This document shows, in pieces, positions 38,892-52,684 of a stretch of 64,000 nucleotides of DNA (the first letter of the stretch is position 1; each line of letters begins with the position of its first letter). The notes below the pieces were generated by a model, which saw nothing but the letters and a program-made list of their open reading frames with translations, had not been told where the DNA came from and ran no database searches. The stretch is from Octopus sinensis. Taxonomy: Eukaryota. Both the position numbers and the translations under genes were made by a program. The stretch is taken from positions 17,360,001 to 17,424,000 of the forward strand of contig NC_043020.1 of assembly GCF_006345805.1 (NCBI RefSeq). The letters run 5' to 3'.

Positions 38892-39391
38892 ATTTAATTT
38901 GTTATAATTGTGAAAAAATTATTTTTCCATATACATATAAATATAAAAATATAAAAATGTGAAATATAAAAACTTGTGCATAAACTCCATAATGCTACAC
39001 ATATATAATACTCATTGATACAATAATGCAAGGTAAACAAAACAAAATAAAACAAAATATATATCAGTGTATATATTAATATTAATAAGCACAGTTATTT
39101 TACATATTTGGCTAATAGTTCTAAAAACTAACACATAGGGAAATGTATGCGCACTACTATTTAAATTAAAATCATACCTATACCTGAAAATAATAATAAA
39201 AAACCATAGTTCAGTTCATAAAATTATAAACCTATAAAAGTCAATATAAATTACTATTAATATTAATAATAATAATAATAATAGATACAGTTAAGTTTGC
39301 ACCAAGTACATCCATTCAAAATCGAAATAACTAGTTATTTCGATTTGAATTTTTCAACCCCTATCTCATTTTATAACCTAAATATATATAC

Positions 39392-39445
<54 letters not shown>

Positions 39446-40392
39446 GTATATATAAATGTATGTATGTATAGTCTAGGACAATCAGTAAATTGTCATAATT
39501 GGCGCAGGAGTGGCTGTGTGGTAAGTAGCTTGCTTACCAACCACATGATTCCGGGTTCAGTCCCACTGCATGGCACCTTGGGCAAGTGTCTTCTACTATA
39601 GCCTCAGGCCGACCAAACCCTGTGAGTGGATTTGGTAGACGGAAACTGAAAGAAGCCTGTCGTATATATGTATATATATATATATATGTGTGTGTGTGTG
39701 CGTGCATGTTTGTGTGTCTGTGTTTGTCCCCCTAGCATTGCTTGACAACCAATGCTGGTGTGTTTATGTCCCCATCACTTAGCAGTTCGGCAAAAGAGCC
39801 CGATAGAATATGTACTGGGCTTACAAAGAATAATTCCCGGGGTTGAGTTGCTCGATTAAAGGCGGTGCTCCAGCATGGCCGCAGTCAAAATGACTTAAAC
39901 AAGTAAAAAGAAGAAAAGAAAGAGAATAGAACTTAGAGTTTCAAATGCTGGAGCTAAGAGCCACGATGCATTCTCATTGGCTATTATGACAATAGACATT
40001 ATAAAAAAAAAAACCTTTGAATAAAAGGGAAGTTACTCTAATAGGTAGGAAAAAAATATAAAAGATAAAATATAAATGCAACCATATTCTCATAATACAT
40101 AGAAACTGCCTGCATTCATAATGTCTACATGTGTACACACTCACACAAACATGTATATATACATGCCCATATACACACAAACATATGTGTGTTTACGTAC
40201 TCATACACATATCCACACACACACACACACACATATATAAATTGCTCTTTAATGTGGTTTTGGTCATTTTGACTGCTTCTTCTAGCATGTGAAAATTACC
40301 TGTTAAAGGTATTTTTCTCTAGTGTTTAAATGTACACTATTTTATTTTCTTTCTTTCTTTATTTGTTTGGTTGTTTGTTTATATGTTTCCAG

Positions 40393-40512
40393 AATATTCC
40401 AGGACCAGGAACATATGAACCAGGAAAGACTTTATTTGAAGACAGAAACAAAAAGTCATATGGAGTTGTTGGAATAATTGATGCCCGGATTCCAAGAAAA
40501 GAAACAAAATTT
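40393..40512 (+). CDS. CIMAP2: CIMAP2/LEXM-like, coding exon 5 (NIPGPGTYEPGKTLFEDRNKKSYGVVGIIDARIPRKETKF)
   Basis: CCAG acceptor, GTTAGT donor at 40513, phase 0-0, PGPGTY repeat. Confidence 0.88.
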
Positions 40513-42289
40513 GTTAGTACTTTTTTTTTTCTCTGTAAAATAACTGAGTGCTTGCATTTGAATTAAGGTTTTCACGATGGCTTCATTGTCGGTGGAGGGT
40601 TCACAGCAACAAAGAGTTCAATCATAGCTGGCATTATGTACTTCTACACCCCATTCAGCTTTGATTAATCAAATTTCTATTAACCAACCAAACACCAAAG
40701 GAAAACACCCTGAAACTAAATGTCAAAATTTCTCGTGTGCCAGTTCAGAAAACTACTCATCCCAGATACGCAGATACTGGATTCTCAGAAGGTCAACCCA
40801 ACATTCCCCTCTCTCACCCCTATTATGAAAACACTGCACATGTTGGTGCCACATAATATGCACTCGTGCTAGTGCCATGTAAAATGCACTTGTGACTGCT
40901 ATATAAAATGCATTTATGCTGGTGTCAGTTTTATGTGCATGCACCCATGCTGGTAGCATGTACAATGCACTCAGCACACTCTGTACGGTGGTTGGCATTA
41001 GGAAGAGCATCCAGCTGTAGAAACCATGTCAAAACAGATTGGAACCTGGTGCAGCTCTCCAGCTAACCAGCTCATGCCACACTGGCCAACCCATGCCAGC
41101 GTGGGTGCATGCACATAAAACTGACACGAGTGCATTTTTGTTTACATCGCTAGTGGGAATCTGCTGGCACTGTTATTCTGTATATCGCTGGCAGGGAGAT
41201 GATTCTCTACTATCCCTTGTGGTTGAGCATCCTTCTTTGACAAGACCAAGGAAGGTCAAAATCACATGATTTGGTTGTCTTGGCAGTGAAGTTCTTGGAG
41301 AGTTATCTCCCCAGCACCAAACACCAATATGAGAGTATTTCTCATGGTATCTATTGCAGTATAGTTTGTTCTAAGAGAACATCCACATTTAAGTGATATG
41401 AATATTACCTCATAGAGATAGTGGTTCCAGGTTCAGTCCCATTGCATGGCACCTTGGGTAAGTGTCTTCTATAGCCTAAGACTGATCAAAGCCTTGTGAG
41501 TAGATTTGGTAGATGGAAACTGAAAGAAGCCTGTCGTATATATATGTGTGTGTGTGTGTTGTGTGTGTGTGTGTGTGTATTTGTGTATCTGTGTTTGTCC
41601 CCCCACCATTGCTTGACAGCCAATGTTGGTGTTTATGTCCATATAACTTAGCTGTTCAGCAAAAGAAACCAATAGAATAAGTACAAGGCTTACAAAGAAT
41701 AAGTCCTGGGGCCGAGTGTCCGACTTAAAGCAGTGCTCCAGCATGGCCACAGTCAAATGACTGAAACAAATAAAAGAATATATATAAAATAATGAAGGCA
41801 CAAAGGGCTTGTTTTAGTTTCCACCTACTAAATCCACTCACAAGGCCTTGGTCAGCCTGAGACTATAGTAGAAGACACTTGCCCAAAGTGCCATGCTGTG
41901 GGACTGAACCCAGAACCATGTGATTGGGAGGCAAGCTTCTTACCACAAAGCCATGCCTTGTTACAGTGTTTGACCTAAAATTATCCCGAACATGTTTGAG
42001 ACCTAATTTCCATAATTACTGTTTCGTGACATAATGAGTATCACATGAAGCTGTGTTGAAAGAAATATATTTGTATTGTACAGTCATATTTAACACACTT
42101 GGATACACTCAGATGCGGGTGAGCTGTTCTTCTCTTAGACAAACAAACATATATGTAAATATATATGTAAATATATATATGTGTGTGTGTGTGTATGTAT
42201 ATACATATACATATATACACATATATATATATATACATATGTATACATATACAAAAATATATATATATATATATGTGTGTATGTATGTA

Positions 42290-42387
<98 letters not shown>

Positions 42388-42391
42388 TATA

Positions 42392-42430
<39 letters not shown>

Positions 42431-42503
42431 TATAATATGTATATATGTATATATGTATATATATATATAATATATAATATATGTGTGTGTATATATATAT
42501 ATA

Positions 42504-42579
<76 letters not shown>

Positions 42580-42581
<2 letters not shown>

Positions 42582-42912
42582 CGCATGTCTCAGTGGATAG
42601 AGCGTTGAGGTTACAATCGTGAGGTTGCGAGTTCGAATCCTGGACCGGGCTGTGTGTTGTGTTCTTGAGCAAGACACTTTATTTCACATTGCTCCAGTTC
42701 ACTCAGCTGTAGAAATGAGTTGCGATGTCACGGGTGCCAAGCTGCATCGGCCCCTTTGCCTTTCCCTTGGATAATATCAGTGGCGTGGAGACGGGAGGCT
42801 GGTATGCATGGTCGACTGCTGGTCTTCCATAAACAACCTTGTCCTGACTTGTGCCTGGGATGGTAACTTTCTAGGTACAATCCCATGGTCAGTCATGACC
42901 AAAGGGAGTCTC
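42580..42912 (+). mobile_element. tRNA-derived SINE with GTTCTTGAGCAAGACAC core
   Basis: A-box-like GTCTCAGTGG and B-box GAGTTCGAATCC; the tail matches 3165-3360. Confidence 0.75.
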
Positions 42913-42913
42913 A

Positions 42914-42962
<49 letters not shown>

Positions 42963-43417
42963 TACATATTTATATGTATATATGTATATATAGGTTACTT
43001 GTACACATACATACATACGCTCCCATATACACATGCAGGTACATGCATTTGCATGCACACATACACACAGAGGCTGCTCACATAATTCCAAGCTTGCCCA
43101 CACATATTTACATGCACTTGTCCCAATTTACACACACACACACACACCATTCTCGCATACTCAGAGGTGCTTGTGTACCCTAGCTCAGCTAGGTCACAGT
43201 TATTATCTCACTTGCACTCAGCCTCTTTCTTTTAACCATTTCATCATGTTGAACCATTAATCCCTACATATTTTTTTTCTCTTTCCGTTTTTTTCCATTC
43301 TCTCTGTTGAAGACTTTTCCATTCTTCCCAAGTGTTAAACAAATACACCTGCTTGTTCTTCTTTCACCTGTGTTTGTCTTTTGTTTCTTGTAAATTTGAA
43401 CTACACACACACATATG

Positions 43418-43460
<43 letters not shown>

Positions 43461-44380
43461 CGCGCCCCGCATCAGGTTCGTTCCGATTCGTCGTTTCGAT
43501 CCACTTCTTGGTCCCCCTTTTTTTATATTAATATTATTATATTGAAGATGCGGTACTCTCTCCTTTGCTTTAACCTCTTCAATCTTTCTCCCCCCCCCCT
43601 CCTCCTCTCTCTTCGCCGCGTGTCCCCCTCCTCCTTCCCCCCCCTTCTCCTTGCCTATAAAACAAAATTCCTTTACACGTGGTTACCACTATTGAAAAGA
43701 CTGCCTCCACGCGCTGCTACTACACTTTCGTCCTTGCCAGCAAAAGGCTTCTTCGTTCGTCCCCTGTGTGGTTAATTTCCTGTATAGTATTCTTGTTATT
43801 TTCTCGTTTTGTAACTAATTGTACTTTTTGTACATGTATTTTTATTTTTGCAGTTTTATTGTTTGTCTATGCCAGAAAAAAGGCTTTTTCGTTCGTCCTC
43901 TTGTGTTTGTTTTTGTACATGTATTTTAATTTTGCAGTCTTATTGTTACGTCTTGTTTGTGTTCGTACTCATTGTGCCCCGCTGCTTGAAATTTTATTTT
44001 AATTCTCTCGCAGGAAGGCCTATTGGATTAGTGTTCTGTTATGCCTTCGAAACATGCCTGACTCCTCTAGCGACAGCTGATGACGGGGGTTTTGTCCTTG
44101 TGTAACCTGTCCTGTATTTGGTTTTCGTTTTCCGTTTTCTTGTTTTTTGTTTTTTGGCTTTTTCTGTTTCTACGTCTTATTGTGATGTCCTGTACTTCCG
44201 TATAATTATTTATATATGCATGTATATATACATGTAGATGTAGGTACGTACATATATGTTTGTATGTATGCATATATTTTAATTTATCTCCTATATATAT
44301 ATATATATATATATGTAGGTCCCGGGTTGAGTCGGGTTAACCACAGTAAATAAGGTACTCAATACATAGCAGAGTAAAGT

Positions 44381-44550
44381 AATTTATTTTATAGAAGGAG
44401 CTTCTACAGGACTAGAACTGTTTCATTCAGATGAAATCTTCAGGAAGCTGGCTGTCAATATAAGGGACCCTTATATTGACAGCCCTTCCTGAAGATTTCA
44501 TCTGAATGAAACAGTTCTAGTCCTGTAGAAGCTCCTTCTATAAAATAAAA
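44381..44550. ncRNA. Palindromic Penelope-like terminus with a putative type I hammerhead on each strand
   Basis: Plus strand 44485-44531: CTTC-CTGAAGA-TTTCATCTGAAT-GAA-ACAG-TTCTAGTC-CTGT-A-GAAG. Mirror copy on the minus strand at 44401-44447; apex at about 44467. Confidence 0.65.
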
Positions 44551-44998
44551 TATATATATATATATATGTATGCATGTATGCATATATATGAGGCACGTGC
44601 CATCAGTAATTATTTAGGGTAGACAGTTGGTGATCTTTATGTAGTAAAACACACAAATAAACAAGCAAAACGCAGACGCATGACTGAGTTGTAGGCAGAT
44701 TTACTTCTGCCTTTATAGCGTATAAAGAAAACGTTGTTGTAGGAATGTACGCAGCACGTGTACTACAGCAGTATTATGTGTAGCTTAGATACTGAGATCG
44801 AAAAGCCAGGATGAATTATGCCTATCTAATCTATAAAGAAATAAAATATTTTGCATTTTGTACATAATAATCAGAGTAACTTTCATGATTTTATTGAATT
44901 AGGTACATATTTTGCCATAAAAGGAAAATATTGCTATCGATCTATTTTATCCAAGGTAGGCACTGCCTACCTTACCTACCTGGACAGCACATCTCTGG

Positions 44999-45051
<53 letters not shown>

Positions 45052-45107
45052 GCAGAGAGGGAGAGAGAGAGGAAGTGATAGATAGATGGAAGGATAGATA
45101 GATAGAG

Positions 45108-45155
<48 letters not shown>

Positions 45156-46400
45156 GGATGGATGAATAGTTGATGGAAGCCAAATCCTGACCAAGTAAGA
45201 CCACTTCCTAAACTCAGTAAATGCATGCAAATGTTCCAAGAGTCCAAGAAGTTCCTGTGCATGAATTTATTTTGCATGTGTAAAGTGTTGCACAACACTG
45301 AACACACTTTACCATGAAACCAGCTACGAAAACAGGGAAGCAAAAAGGTTTCTTTATTTATACGTTTTTACCATCTCCTAGCTGGAAGTTCAAACACAGA
45401 CAAGGGATCCTGCACTCCCAGTGGCTCAGTGGTTCACATACCAGTTAACCCATAGCTGGGAACCTAACAGGTGCTACTACTCCAGGTCAGAATAATTGTT
45501 AAGAAGTAGTTCCACACTCCTCAAAACCTTGCAATAACCATACCTGGGCCCCACTACTGGATGGAGTTTAGAGTCTTACCGAGGACATGGGACAAATATA
45601 TTCTTTTATTTTTTTATTTGTTTCAGTCATTTGATTGTGGTCATGCTGGAGCACCACCTTAAAGGATTTTAGTCAAAGAAATTGAACCCAAGATTTATTT
45701 TTTGTAAGCCTAGTAATTATTCCATCAGTCTCTTTTGCCAAACCACTAAGTTATGGAGACATACACACACCAACATCAATTGTCAAGCAATGGTGGGGGA
45801 ACAAACACAAACACAAAAGCACACAGACACACACACACACATATATATACATATATATAAAACTTACTTGGAAAAGGATGCATGGCATTCGATCATATAG
45901 TAATAAAAATAATATATAAATATATGCATATATTCATACATATATGTACATACCTACATATAAATGTATATATACATGTATATACGGGTACAGGACATAA
46001 AAAAAAAGTTGAACACAATGGGAAATGAAAACATAAAAACAAAAACATAGAAACGAACTGAAGGAGGGGAATGTTCCTTGTGTTGTATGTCTTGTACTCT
46101 GTTTTTTTCGTTGTTTGAAAAAAGTCTGTTTCTATGTTTTTGGTTTTATGTTTTCGTTTCTTATTGTGTTTAACGTTTTTTTTTTGATGTCCTGTACCCA
46201 TATATGCATGTATATATACATATATATTTAGGAAGGGCATCCAGCTGTAGAAACACTGCCAGATAAGACTGGAGCCTGGTGCAGCCTTCTGGCTTCCCAG
46301 ATCCCCGGTCGAACCGTCCAACCCATGCTAGCATGGAGAACGGACGTTAAACGATGATGATGATGATATTTAGGTATGTACATATATGTATGCATATATG

Positions 46401-46450
<50 letters not shown>

Positions 46451-46624
46451 TTATTTTATAGAAGGAGCTTCTACAGGACTAGAACTGTTTCATTCAAATG
46501 AAATCATCAGGAATGAAACAGTTCTAGTTCTGTAGAAGCTCCTTCTATAAAATAAATTAATTTACTCTGCCATGTATTGAGTACCTTATTTACTGTGGTT
46601 ACCCTGACTCAACCCGGGACCTAC
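46451..46624. mobile_element. Second copy of the 44.4-kb palindromic element, inverted and centrally deleted
   Basis: Same arms and flank in the opposite orientation; CTGATGA-core hammerhead on the minus strand at 46468-46513. Confidence 0.7.
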
Positions 46625-46647
46625 ATATATATATATATAATATATAT

Positions 46648-46698
<51 letters not shown>

Positions 46699-46861
46699 AT
46701 ATGTATATATATATATATATATAATATATATATGTAATATGTATATATATATATATATATGACAGGCTTCTTTCAGTTTCTGTGCACTCTCAAGGCTTTG
46801 GTTCGCCCCAGAACTATGTGGTAAGAAAGCAAGCGTCTTACCACACAGCCATGCTTGCACC

Positions 46862-46892
<31 letters not shown>

Positions 46893-47776
46893 CCTCATCA
46901 TCATCACCATTTAACATTCCCTTTCTATGCTGACATGAGTTGGATGGTTTGACAGAAGCTGGATAGACAGAAGACTGCATCATGTTTTGCTGTCTATTTT
47001 GGTATGGTTTTTACAGCTGGATGCCCGTCCTAACACCAAACACCCTGTAGAGTAGACTGAGTGCTTTCTAAGTGGCACCAGCACAGGTGAGGTCAGTTTT
47101 CATATAGTTTTCTATAGCTGGGTGCACTTCCAAATGCCAACCACTTTACAGCAGCTGACTGGTTTCTGTGCCGGTGGCATGTAAAAAGCACCATTTGAGC
47201 GTGATTGTTACCAGCGTTGCCTTACTGGCACGTGAAAAACATTCGAGTGAGTTCATTGCCAGAGCCACTGGACTGGCTCCTGAGCAGGTGGCACATAAAA
47301 AACACCATTTGAGTGTGGCCATTGCCAGTACAGCCTGACTGGCCCTTGTGCTGGTGGCGCGTAAAAGCACCCACTACAATCTCAGAGTGGTTGGCATTAG
47401 GAAGGGCATTCAGCTGTAGAAACTCTGCCAGATCAAGATCGGAGCTTGGTGCAGCCATCTGGTTCACCATCTGGTCCTGCTGTTCAAGAATTTGGACCTG
47501 GAGATCTCCATTTCCAGCGACTTTGAGGGCCACCTCCCAGTGGTGTCGGGCGTCAACGAAGAGCCCTCAACTACAACAAGACGACAAAATTTTTTTTTTC
47601 CAAGGTCTGGGGTCTCCCGCCCCTGAGCCCTACACCATCACCTAATCATCCTTACCTATCTTGTTGCTTAACAACAACAAAAACAACCATTTGGTCCTCA
47701 GTCAAACCGTCCAACCCATGCTAGCATGGAAAGCAGATGTTAAACAATAATGATGATGATGATGATGATGATGATG

Positions 47777-47810
<34 letters not shown>

Positions 47811-48062
47811 GTTATTACTTGATTTGAAAACTTTTATATTATTGGAAAACCTATATAAATTAGCTGAAGATTACTCAACATCTTAAATCTGCTGTAATAT
47901 TTACAGCTTTTAATAAAATGTTGTAGTATGAAACAATTGTACTAAATTACCGGATCCATTCTTGTTGCTTATTTCTGATTATAATCACCCCGCATATTTT
48001 TATGGGTAACACCATACAAAATTCTGGTGCATCTAAATTAAGTACCATATTCATTTGAATCG

Positions 48063-48105
<43 letters not shown>

Positions 48106-48519
48106 AGTGTGTGATGGACTTCTTTCAGTTTCCGTCTACCAAATCCACTCACAAGGTTTTGGTTGGTCTGAGGCTGTAGTAATTGACATTTGCCCAAGGT
48201 GTCACACTGTGAGACTGAACCCAGAAAAGTGTTATTGGTAAGCAAACTTCTTACCTCAGAGCCACATCTGCACCTATATATGTAAAAAAAAGTGTTTTAC
48301 TACCACTACTACTATTATTATAGCAACCGCAGCAGTAGTTGTAGTAGTGGTACTAGTAGTAGTAGTAGTAGCAGTAACAGCAGCAGTAGTAATAGTAATT
48401 GTAATAGTAGCAATGAACAGTGTTTTGCATTCTCTCACTAATTATGATATTTCAGCTCCTTAAATATTTCCCAGAATTTTTTAACCCCACTTCACAAACA
48501 TGTCAGTACAATATTGTTG

Positions 48520-48578
<59 letters not shown>

Positions 48579-48581
48579 TTT

Positions 48582-48619
<38 letters not shown>

Positions 48620-49330
48620 TATTATTATTATTTTTATCATCATCATCATCATCATCATCATCATTATCATCATTATTATTATTATTATCATCCTTTTGAC
48701 CTTTGTATAATAGATAGAGAGTACATACACTGTGATGGTGGCTGAGTGAGGATGGGGGGTGGTTACGGTAGTGGAAGTGGTGGTGTGATTGTGGGGGTGT
48801 TGGCAGAGTAGGATTGCTGATGTTAGCAGTAATGGTGGTGGTTGTGGTGGTGGGAGGCACTTGTTGTTGACCCAAAATCATACTTTCTGTGATTAGCAAG
48901 TTGTCAAATATTTGGATCTTTCTGTCCTCAATTAGTTTATTGACTCATTACTTGGGCAATGTTTTTAACTTAAAAAATTGCTTGATTTTAACCTCATTTT
49001 TATACATTTTTAACGTTATTTTTCTAACTTCATTCACAGATTTTAACCTAATTTTCAACTTTATTATTATTAATAAATTAGGGAGTTCACTCTAGTTCTG
49101 ATTACTTGAAGTTATATTCTTTACTCTTTTACTTGTTTCAGTCATTTGACTGTGGCCATGCTGGAGCATCGCCTTTAGTCGAACAAATCAACCCAAGGAC
49201 TTATTCTTTGTAAGCCTAGTACATATTCTATCAGTCTCTTATGCCGAACTGCTAAGTTTTGAGGACGTAAACACACCAGCGATGTTGGGGGTACAAACAC
49301 AGACACACAAACACACATACACACACACAT

Positions 49331-49361
<31 letters not shown>

Positions 49362-49372
49362 AATATATAATA

Positions 49373-49668
49373 TAAATTGGAGAAAAACCACTATTATGCA
49401 ATTCAAACAATGATAGACATAAACCAAATCATAAATAAAAAATAAAATATATTTTTATAAAACATATAACTAGATCACAAAAAGTACAAAAATGAATAAA
49501 CAATATATAATAATTACTTATTACTTATTATATATTGTTTATTCATTTTTGTACTTTTTGTGATCTAGTTATATGTTTTATAAAAATATATTTTTTATTT
49601 TTTATTTATGATTTGGTTTATGTCTATCATTGTTTGAATTGCATAATAGTAGTTTTATCTCTAATTTA
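49373..49668. repeat. Near-perfect AT-rich palindrome (about 140-bp arms) inside a family A SINE
   Basis: AATTGGAGAAAAACCACTATTATGCAATTCAAAC... is mirrored by ...GTTTGAATTGCATAATAGTAGTTTTATCTCTAATT. Confidence 0.9.
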
Positions 49669-49749
49669 TATTTTATATATTTATATTGTGAAATTTGATT
49701 TAATACTAAATTGAATTTTTCCCTGTAAGTTTGTAGTTATACTCCCTAA

Positions 49750-49805
<56 letters not shown>

Positions 49806-49984
49806 TATTATTATTATTATATATATATATACACATATATATGACGGGCTTCTTTCAGTTTCCATCTACCAAATCCACTCACAAGTCTTTGGTTGGCCCA
49901 AGGCTATAGTAGAAGACACTTGCCCAAGGTGCCATAGAGTGGGACTGAACCCGGAACTATGTGGTTTGTAAGCAAGCTACTTAC

Positions 49985-52360
49985 CACGCAGTTTTTGAAA
50001 GTAACCATTGTGGAAATTTACTACAGTACAATATGATATAAAGCTTTAGATTTGATGGCAAAAGGTTCCTGTCTTTTGCAAGGATTTTTTCCAGCATTGA
50101 AAAACAGCATTCCACAGCAACTAATGTCACTCTGCTTTGTATCAGATCTGCATATTTTGAGAGTGAAGCTTTGGGGTTCGTTAGGTGAATTATTGAATTG
50201 ATTTGTTTTTTATAGGATCTAAAATCAATGTAATTCATGGTGCAACATGGGTCTTCATTGAATTTCAATTGTTTGAGGTTTTTGTAAGCATCGTAAATGG
50301 TGAAGGTTGTTGACTCAGCTTTCAAAATCAGTTCTTTCAATTGCAGATAGTTCAAACAGACTTGGATGAGGTTAGTCCTTATCTCTGTGGAGGCGCATGG
50401 CTTAGTGGTTAGGGTGTCAGCATCATGATTGTAAGATTGTGGTTTCAATTCCTGGACCGGGTGACGCGTTGTGTTCTTGAGCAAAACACTTCATTTCATG
50501 TTGCTCCAGTCCATTCGGCTGGCAAAAATGAGTAACACTGCAATGGACTGGTGTCCCATCCAGCTGGGGAACACATACACCATAGAAAATGGGAAACCAG
50601 GCCCATGAGCCTGGCTAGGCTTTCAAAGGGCGTATTTATTTTTTGTAGAGGCACATGGCCTAGTGGTTAGAGCAGTGGATTCATGGTTGAGGGATCGTAG
50701 GTTTGAATCTCAGACCAGGCAATGTGTGTGTTTATGAGTGAAACACCAAAGCTCCATGTGGCTCCGGCAGAAGGTAATGACGAACTTCTGCTGACTCTTT
50801 CGCCACAACTTTCTCTCACTCTTTCCTCCTGCATCTTGCAGCTGACCTGCAATGGACCGGCGTCCCATCCAGGTGGGGGACCTATACGCCAAGGAAACTG
50901 GGAAACCGGCCCTTATGATCCAGGCGTGGCTCGAGAAGGAACAAACAAGCAACAGTCCTTATCTCTCTGCACTAAAATGCCTTCATCCTCGAAATTCTCT
51001 GCAAATTTTGTAACTTCTGCAAGGTTCTTAGCATAGTAATTACAGGCATCCAACTAGCTACCCCATCTGGTCACAAATGGCTGAAACAGGTATCCAATTG
51101 TTACCCTGCATGTGTAAGCGAAAGTAGGGTATTGTAAACGCTTGTCTCTGTCTGTTTGTCTATGTTTGCAAAATCACTGGAAAATGACCGAAGGGATTTT
51201 CACCAAATTTGGCAGAAATACTCATTGGATGAGTGGCTCGAAATGATGAAAATTTGATTTGATTATCTTCAAACATACATAAATATGCGACTCTGTGTGT
51301 GTATGTGTGTGTGTGTGTGTGTCTGTGTGTACACATGCATGTGCATGTGTGTGTGTGCAGTGATGGGGTTGATTTCTTAATTTCACCAGAGTATAAATAC
51401 CTATAATGGTGATACTTAAAAAAAACATTTTCTTTAAATCAAACTTACAAATTTCCCATCAAGCAGGAGTGGCTGTGTGGTGCACCTGAGCACTGTATAC
51501 AATAATTTCATTATTATTATTATTATTATATAATAGGCGCAGGAGAGGCTGTGTGGTAAGTAGCTTGCTAACCAACCACATGGTTCCGGGTTCAGTCTCA
51601 CTGCGTGGCACCTTGGGCAAGTGTCTTCTACTATAGCCTCGGGCCGACCAAAGCCTTGTGAGTGGATTTGGTAGACGGAAACTGAAAGAAGCCCGTCGTA
51701 TATATGTATATATATATATATGCCTGTGTGTGTTTGTGTGTCTGTGTTTGTCCCCCTAGCATTGCTTGACAACCGATGCTGGTGTGTTTATGTCCCCGTT
51801 ACTTAGCGGTTCGGCAAAAGAGACCGATAGAATAAGTACTGGACTTACAAAAGAATAAGTCCCGGGTTCGAGTTGCTCGATTAAAGGTGGTGCTCCAGCA
51901 TGGCCGCAGTCAAATGACTGAAACAAGTAAAAGAGTAAGCAAGTTTAGTCAAACACTTACAAAGCATAATTCAGTTCAATTAAAAAGCATGGGTAAACAA
52001 CACATTATAAGCCACACTATAATTTGTGAAAAAATCTCCAATGCCTTTTTTTTCATTTTGAATTGCTTTTGATCATGTTTTTTACAGCAGCAGCCTTGAT
52101 GGTGGCAATCAGATAATCAATTGAAGGATAGAAGGCCTTTATTTTTAGAGCACAGCTGTGCAGTAGGTGGGAGAAATAGGTTACATGGAAGAGCTTAGGG
52201 CAAACAGCTTGCTATGTTTTTTCCAGTAGCTACCATCAGCATCAGACAATAGTAGGAGAAAATTTTCTCTTGGAACTGCTATACTTTTTTAGCAAATCAT
52301 TGATGATCTGAGCAATGACCGTGAAAGATAGAGCTGTCTCGAGTGGTAAACATTCTATTA
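49985..52360 (-). pseudogene. Fragmented hAT-like transposase remnant split by SINEs
   Basis: LLLSDA and KLFHVT..HLLH (about 52085-52360), FVTRWGSWLDACNYYAKN (about 50985-51115), VECCFSMLEKILAKDRN (49985-50385). Confidence 0.6.
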
Positions 52361-52651
52361 AGAAGGGGTTTTTTTGAGGATTTTTAACTGAACCAATAAA
52401 TACATTAAAGTACTTTACTCTTTTACTCTTTTACTCTTTCTTTCTACTTGTTTCAGTCATTTGACTGTGGCCATGCTGGAGCACTGCCTTTAGTCAAGCA
52501 AATCAACCCCAGGACTTATTCTTTGTAAGCCTAGTGCTTATTCTATCGGTTACTTTTGCTGAACCACTAAGTTACGGGGGACGTAAACACACCAGCATCG
52601 GTTGTCAAGCGATGTTGGAGGGGGGGGACAAACACAGACATAAAAACATAA

Positions 52652-52684
<33 letters not shown>

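Noticed and set aside
42041-42677. YI/IY-repeat ORFs (also at about 15.0, 23.1, 48.5 and 58.6 kb)
   Set aside because: Translations of (AT)n, (GATA)n and (ATT)n microsatellites.
44005-44110. Hammerhead around GAAGGC/GCCTTC-GAAACATG and the nearby CTGATGA
   Set aside because: Core elements are mutated or in the wrong order; at most a decayed Penelope-like remnant.
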